Shown here: positions 20,001 to 27,957 of the stretch, in pieces
Position numbering within the stretch: the stretch's first letter is position 1
Layout: each line of letters opens with the position of its first letter
Assembly (NCBI GenBank): GCA_963710755.1
Contig: CAVQBK010000003.1
Location: 1,280,001-1,344,000, forward strand
Direction: 5' to 3'
From: an uncultured bacterium
Lineage (GTDB): Bacteria > Oederibacteriota > JAAXVQ01 > JAUVAV01
DNA: 64,000 bases
Translations under genes and position numbers: made by a program
Notes under the pieces: generated by a model
Told to the model about the DNA's origin: nothing
What the model saw: only the letters and a program-made list of their open reading frames with translations
Databases searched by the model: none

Positions 20001-20164
20001 TTTCCACTATCAAGGTGTCCTATACGCCTGCACCCAACATTACCTACTCCATTGAAAACCGTTTCTCGCGCTACGGCCGGGAACAGGATGTACCTGTGAT
20101 TAACATCGCTGATCCATCCACGTTGTATGAATACACACGAGCCAGAATTGATTTGACATTTTAA
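17021..20164 (+). CDS. Three CBM11/CIA30-like domains fused to a C-terminal outer-membrane beta-barrel
   Basis: Three jelly-roll repeats (YYRGQG, FRGTGSAANLEVKLAD, WVKGDGSRN), then ~450 aa of amphipathic beta-strands ending YTRARIDLTF. Confidence 0.65.
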   Translation: MTKFFRAILILMMGLLGMAQMASAEDVLLDNTDTTQGWMVFNDAKATGSVSVGPGPNSTWKALVMNYNLTGGNWVSFVKKIPAGMQGMKTLVFYYRGQGKYNLEIKVQDGEGATFGLKIIGGSEVPKWKKLVIPIGELKYLWGGTAQTLNPANIRQFEIAVSTDGGGGPGKMMVSHISYSMETMKAELPAGTAPAQAKVPETTTPGMSYRALGNVDIGAKTSWSTYADKGAVINIDIASGPAAGEKALQAKYHWGQRAIPGVQEQTGIWVAFVKDIGMDLSDMRNMSFVFRGTGSAANLEVKLADQYGARYGRVFPNGSTSEKWTTISIPRSDFNYMWGGDGSGKFDWNHVKALEISLSRTGDARDSGTFEIAEIHFESAVSVSRPIAGQKEALTTVSGQIKVIIDDFTDLNPTNRYFVVEGDDSTLQLDSSRITFQSEYSMRMRYTLKSSRPIGSWVEAQRRFSPALDWTGVENVRIWVKGDGSRNIFRISITDGEGRVWVNDNNEVLASTDWFLVDMPVETFMLYQDLYARKASKRYDLSKQLHTVRQLGISVISQPDRSSQASGEIFVEQLYVVGRDINVAAAVPIREKPPVGIAVPLKNWNIGGTSTTTMENLPSSGNNITQSIKPQLTGNFKKFSVFTELDFESLFGNESDGIRSQSAAMTGSNVSVILLDPFAGVSNVIVGNLWFDDSQHIFANNNRYGGWGFKGIQAEGWVDGVHHRTYFLKHKPDSYTLAGHYALTAGNLNFNLVGAYYNQSPFIPNGTKLEEDDKAFLFDVTHHLIIPNLMTLNTLVRGGYDWYQKYWDVQTQSDIDKRDSGLFMEGELNFSDLTNIFWPGLSFTGHYRYVDTGFKPQYRDNPYVWDDEIGDTNGYMVQLYQDFSGAFLTAQYYKYNRLSNPDNYLEDTIFSVGYNDWSSVDLSLTQEFKTKIYQYSDTRFIVDDLPVYFDDNRSETRTTLAVAYHFSGSFIVQEQLQFNLVDQFALNQKYTEMFSTIKVSYTPAPNITYSIENRFSRYGREQDVPVINIADPSTLYEYTRARIDLTF

Positions 20165-20188
20165 GGTGACATCACCAGAGGGGGGACT

Positions 20189-21757
20189 ATGGACCAATCA
20201 GCCAACAGGTCTCGCTTGAGCTTGGGTCTAAACCAACGAATTAGGCAAGGTAGCAAGGTGGCAGTGCTGGTCCTGCTGCTGGGCAGTATGATGACCGGTG
20301 TCCAAGCCGTGACCTCGGCTCAGTTGAACAGCATGGACAATCATGAGTGGGCCTTTGGATTTGGCGCGGCCAATACGATCGCCTTTGGCAATGACCAAGG
20401 CTATGATGCCATGAAGGTCACGGTCACGGACAACACCCAGATTTATTCGGCAATAAAGGTTAACGGCTTTTTCTATCCCGAAGACTGGTCTGGCATTACG
20501 GCTGTCAAAGTTTGGGTTTACATTGAATCTGCTAGCGATGGTAAAGAACTGCAATTATCGGTTCAAAAAGGGGATGGCTCGGAAATTACCAAGCCGATTT
20601 CAAGCGGTATTCCAGCTAATTCTTGGGTGGAGATTACCTTGGGCACTGATTTCAGTGCAGCCACGGCGGTATCACAAGTCATGTTGGTGGCTAACTATGT
20701 GGCCAGCGGTGATATTATCTATTACCGTGATATGCGCCTAGTCATAGGCGGGGTGGACCACCCCTGGGATGCCATGAACGGCCCCAGTTACAATTGGAAT
20801 CCCATCACCACCAGCGATTACAATATGTGGAATACCAGCGGCCAGCGTAATGAGCCGATTTCAAATTCAGTGACGGCCGATGGCTCGGCCGGCGCCCTTT
20901 ATCTGCCCTGGTCAGCTGACCGGTCGGCGGATTCGGAAGCCAAAGTGGAAAGCGGCAGTTTGCAGGGCATTACCGATCTTTCTTCTTATAATGAAATTCG
21001 TTTCAAGGTCTACAGCGACAGCACTGCCGTGCCGGTCAAAATGGGTTTCTGGGATGGCACCAACTTTGCCAGTTCCCCTGAATTTCAAGTCAGTTCAGCT
21101 GGTCAATGGGAAGAAGAGAGCTTTACGCCTCCCAGCGGGGTGGACATGAGCAGTTTGGTCAACATTTCTTTTCATGCTAACACCTCTTCTTTGGCAGGGC
21201 AGTCAGGGAATGTCTATATTGACAGTGTGCAATTTTTCACCATTCCCGCAACCTTCACGTTTACCCCAACGCCATCCTTTACCATGACGCCAACCCCAAC
21301 CATTTCCGCCACCTTCACACCGTCGCCAACCAACTCGCCCTCGTCAACCCATACGCCTGTCTTTTCGCCTACCACGACGCCCACAGTGACGCCGACAGTG
21401 ACTATGTCGCCCACGGGGACGCCAACACCCACCGCCTCCGTCACCTTTACTACAACACCAAAAGGACCTTTCAGTTTTGATGTTCGCATGGAGCGCAATA
21501 GTTTCAATCCTGCCCTGGGCCAGGTGTTGCACATCATCATTGAGTTGCCGGAGCATGAACCCCTTCAGGTAACGGTGTATAACCGTTTAGGGTTAAAAAT
21601 AAAGGAACTGGCCAATATTACCGTAGATCCCGGCCCTATAAGTTTGTCCTGGGATGGCAAGGACCAGGGCGGCAAAGTTGTGGCCAGCGGCGTATACATG
21701 ATTTACATTAACAGCGCCTCCCAGCAGAGCAAGAAGCTGGTCGCTATCATTAAATAA
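20189..21757 (+). CDS. Secreted tandem CBM-like protein with Thr/Pro linker and FlgD/T9SS-like CTD
   Basis: Two jelly-roll modules ending GNVYIDSVQF; TPTP linker; CTD NSFNP...VYNRLG...WDGKDQGGKVVASGVYMIYI...VAIIK. Confidence 0.75.
   Translation: MDQSANRSRLSLGLNQRIRQGSKVAVLVLLLGSMMTGVQAVTSAQLNSMDNHEWAFGFGAANTIAFGNDQGYDAMKVTVTDNTQIYSAIKVNGFFYPEDWSGITAVKVWVYIESASDGKELQLSVQKGDGSEITKPISSGIPANSWVEITLGTDFSAATAVSQVMLVANYVASGDIIYYRDMRLVIGGVDHPWDAMNGPSYNWNPITTSDYNMWNTSGQRNEPISNSVTADGSAGALYLPWSADRSADSEAKVESGSLQGITDLSSYNEIRFKVYSDSTAVPVKMGFWDGTNFASSPEFQVSSAGQWEEESFTPPSGVDMSSLVNISFHANTSSLAGQSGNVYIDSVQFFTIPATFTFTPTPSFTMTPTPTISATFTPSPTNSPSSTHTPVFSPTTTPTVTPTVTMSPTGTPTPTASVTFTTTPKGPFSFDVRMERNSFNPALGQVLHIIIELPEHEPLQVTVYNRLGLKIKELANITVDPGPISLSWDGKDQGGKVVASGVYMIYINSASQQSKKLVAIIK
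21241..21460 (+). repeat. Thr/Pro/Ser low-complexity linker coding region
   Basis: TFTFTPTPSFTMTPTPTISATFTPSPTNSP...TPTVTPTVT. Confidence 0.8.
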
Positions 21758-21762
21758 AAAGG

Positions 21763-22710
21763 ATGATGCCTATGAAAACCAGAATAAGTTTAGGGATAAT
21801 GGTTATTGCCTTTGGCATGATCTCTGGTACAGCCCAGGCCGCTACTGGTGCCGATATGCTGGCAGCACAGCTCTCGCCTAGAGCCTTGGCTTTGGGTGGG
21901 GCCGCAACGGCCATGACCCAGGGCATTGACGCACTCCTGGTCAATCCTGCCGGTGCCAGCACGGTCAAACAATTTCAGATCAACGCCCTCTATCAGAGCG
22001 GTATAATTGACAGCACCCAATATCTGGCCTTGGCCGGGCCGATCAAGGTCGGCGGGGTCTTGGGACTGGGACTGACCTATCGCAGCCTGCCGCCCATAGA
22101 CAACCAAGGCGCAATGGATCAGTCCGTGGATGTAGAGGATGTGGTGGCTGCGCTTACCTATGCTTATAGCTTTCAGCTGGAGCCCAAAACCGATCCGGAA
22201 ATGGGCGCGGCTTTAACCTTCAAATGGTTAAGGTCGGTATTGGGAGTTTATGATGCCTCCACAGTGGCTATTGATTTGGGGGCTTGGTGGAAACCTCGTT
22301 TTTCACCGTCTTTATCGGTGGGTCTGGTCTTAAAAAATATGGGGCCGGCGCTTAAATTCATCGATGTGGCTGACCAGTTACCCATGAGTGCTAATTTAGG
22401 CCTGGCCTATCAAGTGCTTGCCGGCAAGCATCATGCCTTGCAGCTGGGCATGGCGGTGGATGTGCCGGTGGATACGGATCTTCTCGCCGTAAGTGCAGGT
22501 GCTGAATATTGGTTTGATCAAATCATCGCCGTGCGCGTGGGTTACCAATACCAAAATAATTCTCTGGCCGCTACGGTTTACGGAGGCCTTGGTGGGCAGT
22601 TTTACCTTAACAATCTGATGTTCAAGATTGACTACGCTTTATCGCCAGTACAATTTTCCACGGAGTTGCTGGAATTTGAACATACCGTTGCTTTGACCAT
22701 GGGATTTTAG
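21763..22710 (+). CDS. PorV/PorQ-like outer-membrane beta-barrel
   Basis: SPRALALGGAATA...NPAG, IDLGAWW, KNMGP..KF...DQLP, AGAEYWF, IDYAL, C-terminal F. Confidence 0.85.
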   Translation: MMPMKTRISLGIMVIAFGMISGTAQAATGADMLAAQLSPRALALGGAATAMTQGIDALLVNPAGASTVKQFQINALYQSGIIDSTQYLALAGPIKVGGVLGLGLTYRSLPPIDNQGAMDQSVDVEDVVAALTYAYSFQLEPKTDPEMGAALTFKWLRSVLGVYDASTVAIDLGAWWKPRFSPSLSVGLVLKNMGPALKFIDVADQLPMSANLGLAYQVLAGKHHALQLGMAVDVPVDTDLLAVSAGAEYWFDQIIAVRVGYQYQNNSLAATVYGGLGGQFYLNNLMFKIDYALSPVQFSTELLEFEHTVALTMGF

Positions 22711-22731
22711 AAGTGGAGGAATAGCCGGAAT

Positions 22732-23775
22732 ATGCGCCGTGCACACAAAATCATCTGGATTGTCCTATGGGGCTTGGTGGTGGGGAGTGTTTTCCCACGT
22801 CCGACTGTGGCCGCAGAGTCGGCCAGCTTTAACCTGGGCGTAACCATCATTGACTATACAGTAGTACAGCTCAACAGTTGTGATAATCATGCTTGGGCCG
22901 CCCGGGATTGGGGTGCTGATTTTAATCTAACTTATGGCACCTTCAATGGACGGCGGGCCGTGCAAGCCAAAGTCACCAACCCCGACAATGCCTGGGCTTT
23001 GTTTCAAACCGATATCTATGTGCAACCCGATGACTGGTCCTCTTATGGCGTTGTGAGTGTTGATATTTACAATGATTCAGCTAGCGCCAAAGGCTTTGAA
23101 TTGGTATTGGATGATGCCAATAATAATGAACTGTTTCGCCAAACCTCTTCCGTATCGGTCAACCCCGGGAGCTGGCAAACGGTGACTTGGAACACAGCCT
23201 CCTTTCCCGCCAATGTGTCCCAAGTGAATTTAGTGTTTACCGCCGCCTCTTTTCAAGTGGGGGACAAGGTTTACTTCAGTAATTTAAGATTGGGGACAGG
23301 TGGCAAGACCTGGGACCCCTTCAGCGCGCCCAGCTACCGCTGGGAAGGAAGCGGCGATTTCGTGCCCTGGTCCACCCAGGGGCGCAACGACGGCATCGCC
23401 AATCAGGTGACCTATGCCAATTCCCCGGGCGCGGTGGTGCTGCCCTGGGACAGCGCCCAGGATGTAGGGGTCACCTTTGCCAAGATGCAGGCCACGAACT
23501 TGAGCGGCTTTGATTATTCCGGGAACACCACCATTACCATGCAATGTTTCAGTACCAGTACGGCCATTCCCATTTATATTGAATTTTGGGATGGAACCAT
23601 TCATAATACCACCCCTCAAAACGTGGGTACCGCCAACAGCTGGCAATTGCTGACCTGGACTATTCCCGGCGCAGTGGATTTAAAGCATTTGCAAGCTTTT
23701 AGTTTGATGCTGGATACCTCCGCGGCTTCCGGTTCAGGTAAAGTATATATTGATGATATTCGTTTCAATCCTTAG
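22732..23775 (+). CDS. Secreted tandem CBM-like protein, paralog of the 20189 N-terminal part, without CTD
   Basis: QLNSCDNHAWA, PDDWSS, WDPFSAPSYRW, FWDGT and SGKVYIDDIRF align with 20189. Confidence 0.7.
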   Translation: MRRAHKIIWIVLWGLVVGSVFPRPTVAAESASFNLGVTIIDYTVVQLNSCDNHAWAARDWGADFNLTYGTFNGRRAVQAKVTNPDNAWALFQTDIYVQPDDWSSYGVVSVDIYNDSASAKGFELVLDDANNNELFRQTSSVSVNPGSWQTVTWNTASFPANVSQVNLVFTAASFQVGDKVYFSNLRLGTGGKTWDPFSAPSYRWEGSGDFVPWSTQGRNDGIANQVTYANSPGAVVLPWDSAQDVGVTFAKMQATNLSGFDYSGNTTITMQCFSTSTAIPIYIEFWDGTIHNTTPQNVGTANSWQLLTWTIPGAVDLKHLQAFSLMLDTSAASGSGKVYIDDIRFNP

Positions 23776-23918
23776 CGGTTGAGTGAAAAATAGGTGCCGG
23801 ATACCCTCACGGAAAACTTACTCATGCCTAGTTGGATAGTTCAATGGTAACCTTTGAAAAACAAAATGCTATTAAAACCCTGCATGGCATTAATTAAATA
23901 CGGAGGAAGGATTAGCAG

Positions 23919-25307
23919 ATGAAAAAAATGAATTTGGCAAGCAGATGGGTCATGACTATAGGACTCACGACTATGGCGCTCTTGGGGTGTCGCAACATTG
24001 CTCCTAATTATGTTGCCCCAACGGAACTGAATTCAAGTGATCTAAAAGTAATTCAGAAGGTGGCCAAAAGCACTTGGGATTATTTGGAGTTGAGTTGTGG
24101 CCAGTCCGGTATTCCGGCAGATCACATGCTTATCCGTGAAAATGGCGACCTGACCGATTCCAACTACACCACCATTACCAATGTGGGGTTGTATTTAATG
24201 AGTGTCCAAGGCGCAGTGGACTTGGGCTATATTGATCAAGCCACGGCTGATCAAAAAATCGAACATGTTTTGAACGTGTTGGAAAACTTGAAGAAATCGA
24301 GCCACGGCCTTTTTTACAACTATTTCATACATAAAGGCAATATGCGCCCCGCTGATGATCTGTATGTATCCAGCGTGGATTCCGCCTGGCTCGCGGCAGG
24401 GTTGATTGTGACATCACGCAATGCCAACCCCAAGCTTAGCAAGCAGGCCAAAGCCATGGCGGAAGCTATGGATTTCTCGGTGTTCTATGATTCCAAAATG
24501 GGACAATTTCTTTTGGGCTATAGTGACAGCAAAAAGGAGCAGTCCAACTATCATTATGGCCAAATTGTCTCGGAAGCACGGGTCATTAATTATATTGCCA
24601 TTGCCGAAGGTCAGGTGCCTGAGTCCAGCTGGTACCATCTCAATACCACTTTGCCCAAAGAATGGGACTGGCAGAAACAGAAACCGCGAGGCCGGAACGT
24701 CACCATAGATGGGCACACTTTTTTTCAAGGTTATTATATGTACGATAAGATTCCCATTGTGCCTTCCTGGGGTGGGAGCATGTTTGAATTTTTGATGCCT
24801 ACCTTGATTGTCCCGGAAGAACAGGTGGCGCCCCGCAGTCTTGGCATCAATAATGTGCACGCAGTTCAGATTCAAATCGATCAATGCCTGAAAAAGGACG
24901 GTTATCCGGTCTGGGGACTTTCGCCCTCCGCCATTCCTGCCGGCATTGACAACTTTAAGTATGGTGAATTTGGGGTGGCTTTGATGGGTTCCAAAGGTTA
25001 TAAGGATGAAGGCATTATCGCGCCCTATGCATCAGCCTTGGCCGTTAGCATTGATACCAAAGCCGTAGTGGAGAATTTCAAAAAACTGATGGAGCTTTAT
25101 CCTAAGATTTGGACCACCTATGGTTTTTATGATTCTGTTAATGTCAAGACCAAGGAAGTAGCACCTATGTACCTCACCCTGGATCAAGCCATGATCTTTG
25201 TGGCGCTGCAAAACTACCTGACTTTGGGTAAAACCCAACAACGATTTTTCCAGGGCCATATCAAGGAAAAATTGCTGCCGCTTTTAGGCAAAGAGACTTT
25301 TTATTAA
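23919..25307 (+). CDS. Lipoprotein glucoamylase-like (DUF3131) hydrolase, beta-1,2-glucanase clan
   Basis: Lipobox LLGC; YTTITNVGLY, VSSVDSAWL, SEARV, SWGGSMFEFLMPTL, WGLSP, APYASALA, YGFYDSV, YLTLDQAM. Confidence 0.85.
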   Translation: MKKMNLASRWVMTIGLTTMALLGCRNIAPNYVAPTELNSSDLKVIQKVAKSTWDYLELSCGQSGIPADHMLIRENGDLTDSNYTTITNVGLYLMSVQGAVDLGYIDQATADQKIEHVLNVLENLKKSSHGLFYNYFIHKGNMRPADDLYVSSVDSAWLAAGLIVTSRNANPKLSKQAKAMAEAMDFSVFYDSKMGQFLLGYSDSKKEQSNYHYGQIVSEARVINYIAIAEGQVPESSWYHLNTTLPKEWDWQKQKPRGRNVTIDGHTFFQGYYMYDKIPIVPSWGGSMFEFLMPTLIVPEEQVAPRSLGINNVHAVQIQIDQCLKKDGYPVWGLSPSAIPAGIDNFKYGEFGVALMGSKGYKDEGIIAPYASALAVSIDTKAVVENFKKLMELYPKIWTTYGFYDSVNVKTKEVAPMYLTLDQAMIFVALQNYLTLGKTQQRFFQGHIKEKLLPLLGKETFY

Positions 25308-25340
25308 TTAATAAAGTTACCGATGCACGTAAGCATTTCA

Positions 25341-25387
25341 GGGCCCTGGCATGGCGGTAAAATAGACCGCGCCGGGGCCCTTTTTTT
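25341..25387 (+). terminator. Rho-independent terminator
   Basis: GGGCCCTGGC..GCGGT/ACCGC..GCCGGGGCCC followed by TTTTTTT. Confidence 0.7.
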
Positions 25388-25513
25388 ACCATAATTTTCT
25401 AGGCATAAACCTAATAATATGATATAGCCTTGGCGAGAAAAGGGCGGTTTAGACAGGCCCTGCCGACAAAGCAGCCGCCGGCTGTTTTGCATGAAACTGA
25501 GGGAGCGGTAAAA

Positions 25514-27913
25514 ATGAATTTCAAAGCAGAAAAGCATTATTTTACCCTGGAAGGGAAGCCCTTTTTCTTCTACAGCGGTGAAATCCAATATTTCCGTGAA
25601 AAAAAAGCTTTGTGGAAAGAACATCTGAAAAAATTAAAGGCCGCCGGCTGCAATGCGGTTACCACCTATATACCTTGGTCCTGGCATGAATTGGAAGAAG
25701 GCCGGTTTGATTTTACTGGCGAAACTTTGCCGGAGCGCGATTTGATCGGTTTTCTGGATGCCGTTCAGGAAACAGGGTTGGTCGCTGCACTAAAACCAGG
25801 ACCCTATATTCTGGCTGAATTTGAGGACCGGGGCATCCCTTCCTGGCTTACCCAAGGCTATCCGGAGATTCAGGCCAAAAGCGTAGACATGATTACCTAC
25901 ATGCATCCCACTTTTCACAAATTTGTTCGTCTTTGGTATGATGCGGTGCTGCCTATCATTCAGGAACGTCAAATCACCCAGGGTGGCCCTGTTATTATGC
26001 TGCAGGTCTGTAATGAAGTGGGCCTCTATAATTGGCTCGATGGTGCCGGCGATACCAGTGATGTTTCCCTTGCTTATTTTAAAAAGTACTTGGAAAAAGA
26101 ATACAAAAACGTGGATGCCCTCAATCACGCCTATGGCAGTTCCTGGGCAAGTTTTACTGAGGTTAAACCGCCTCGCGGAATCACGGCCAACACCGGGGAA
26201 TATCTGCACTGGGTGGATTGGCATGATTTTCATCGGTGGTACTATGCTGAATATTTAAGCTGGGCTATTGAAGAAATCAGGGCCCGTGGGATAGGCATTC
26301 AGCTGTACCATAATATCCCGGGATGGGTATTCGGCCGTGGCCAGGAATATCCGGTTAATATCTCCTTTTATGGGGAAATAGTCAAACGCCATCCTGAAAT
26401 GGTGTTCGGGGTGGACCATATTCCGGAGAATCCCAATTACCGCAACCAGCATGATGATCTGATCATCAATGAAATGACGCGCGCCCTCCAAGGAGGACAA
26501 ATGCCCATGTGGGCGGCGGAACAACAGGCAGGTTCGCGGGAACACAACGTTCATACCTTTCCCAATGAACTGGAACTTTTTTATAAAGCCTGTATTGCCC
26601 GGGGAATGACCGGTATGAATTTATATATGTTCAGCCAGGGGCTTAATCCCCCTCGTCGCGGCGCTTTTGGCCCCACCTTTTACTGGATGAATGCCCTGGG
26701 GCATGACGCCTCGGAAAAGCCGCTTTATGAAGTGGTGAAAAAAGTCGGTGACCTGATCCACACCTTTGGTGAGGCCTGGATGCAAAGTGACAGGCGCAGC
26801 CAGGCGGCGGTGGTATTCTACCGTCCTTACTATCATGATGAATTTTTCTTTCCCCTCTTTGGCGGGGTGCCTGCCCTGGATGCCGCCAAGGCGGGATTGC
26901 GTTATAATCCCAAGACCATGCGCAATGCCTACTACTTTGAAGGCATGCTTAAAGTATTGACTATTCAGAACCGTGATTTTGACATGGTGGATATTCAGCG
27001 ACAGACACCAAACCCTCAAAACCATCCTCAGCTGTGGGTGATGGCCTTGGACTGTATGGATGCCCAAAGTCAGCGCGCGTTGGCTGATTATGTAGCTCAG
27101 GGCGGTCATCTGATCATTTGGCCAGGCCTGCCGGACAAAGACTTAAAGATGCAGCCCTGCACTATATTAAAGGAAGCTTTGGGCATTGAAGAGACTGGAA
27201 GTGTGCAGCATCAGTTTGTCTCCAAGATCGACATTCTGGGTCAGGAAGACATCAACGCCTATCCCCTGGTGCGCTTGTTTGAGTCCCCGCAAGCGCAAGC
27301 CATTGCGACACTGCCGGACGGCCGGGTCTGTGGTCTGCGCAAACCGGTGGGCAAAGGCCTGGTCACGCTGATTGGTACCATCTTCGGCTATAACATCAAA
27401 GAGCAACTCTACGTTTACGAAAGCTTGTTCCGCCACAGCGCGCCCCAAGGGAACCTGCATCTGAGTAACCCTGCCTTGCAGGGCCATGTCCGCTTCGGCC
27501 GGGATTATGCCATGGCTTGCGTACTCAACTATACCCCAGTGGTTCAAACCACCTCTTTGACTGTGTCCGGGGTGGGGCAGGGCAAGACCGTGACCGTGGG
27601 CGGGGAAACACCACTGGTACTGGCGCCTCATCAGGGCTTGTTTGTGCCCCTTGACTTTAAAATTCATCCCGATCTGACGCTGGCCTATGCCACTTGTGAA
27701 ATTCTTAAAATTGGCGGCCAGGACAAGCCGCTGGAGTTGACCGTGCAGCCCAATACTTTGGCCGCCACCATGCTGTGCGTGGCCTGCGGCAGCGAGAGCC
27801 TTAAGGCTGTCTTTGACGGTCAACCCTTGGCATGTACCCGCCAATCAAACGGAGCATGGACTATTACCCTGGGCCCGGGTCAGGACCGGGGGGTGATGAC
27901 CATTACCTGGTAA
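25514..27913 (+). CDS. Cytoplasmic GH35-family glycosidase (beta-galactosidase-like)
   Basis: YSGEIQYFR, AGCNAVTTYIPWSWHE..EG.FDF, KPGPYILAE, GGPVIMLQVCNE, AEQQAG, NLYMF; no signal peptide. Confidence 0.85.
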   Translation: MNFKAEKHYFTLEGKPFFFYSGEIQYFREKKALWKEHLKKLKAAGCNAVTTYIPWSWHELEEGRFDFTGETLPERDLIGFLDAVQETGLVAALKPGPYILAEFEDRGIPSWLTQGYPEIQAKSVDMITYMHPTFHKFVRLWYDAVLPIIQERQITQGGPVIMLQVCNEVGLYNWLDGAGDTSDVSLAYFKKYLEKEYKNVDALNHAYGSSWASFTEVKPPRGITANTGEYLHWVDWHDFHRWYYAEYLSWAIEEIRARGIGIQLYHNIPGWVFGRGQEYPVNISFYGEIVKRHPEMVFGVDHIPENPNYRNQHDDLIINEMTRALQGGQMPMWAAEQQAGSREHNVHTFPNELELFYKACIARGMTGMNLYMFSQGLNPPRRGAFGPTFYWMNALGHDASEKPLYEVVKKVGDLIHTFGEAWMQSDRRSQAAVVFYRPYYHDEFFFPLFGGVPALDAAKAGLRYNPKTMRNAYYFEGMLKVLTIQNRDFDMVDIQRQTPNPQNHPQLWVMALDCMDAQSQRALADYVAQGGHLIIWPGLPDKDLKMQPCTILKEALGIEETGSVQHQFVSKIDILGQEDINAYPLVRLFESPQAQAIATLPDGRVCGLRKPVGKGLVTLIGTIFGYNIKEQLYVYESLFRHSAPQGNLHLSNPALQGHVRFGRDYAMACVLNYTPVVQTTSLTVSGVGQGKTVTVGGETPLVLAPHQGLFVPLDFKIHPDLTLAYATCEILKIGGQDKPLELTVQPNTLAATMLCVACGSESLKAVFDGQPLACTRQSNGAWTITLGPGQDRGVMTITW

Positions 27914-27920
27914 TGGCCAA

Positions 27921-27949
27921 TTGACGCTGCGGGTGATCTATTTTATAAT
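27921..27949 (+). promoter_or_regulatory. Near-consensus sigma70 promoter of the Bat-like operon
   Basis: TTGACG-17 bp-TATAAT. Confidence 0.75.
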
Positions 27950-27957
27950 TGCCGCTA

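Noticed and set aside
21241-21460. Repetitive DNA as a possible CRISPR or VNTR
   Set aside because: Degenerate coding repeat for a Thr/Pro linker; no repeat-spacer structure and no cas genes
27167-27844. 225-aa antisense ORF, and similar ones at 17411-18148, 35409-36020 and 43157-43813
   Set aside because: Fully overlap well-supported + strand genes; typical codon-bias shadows
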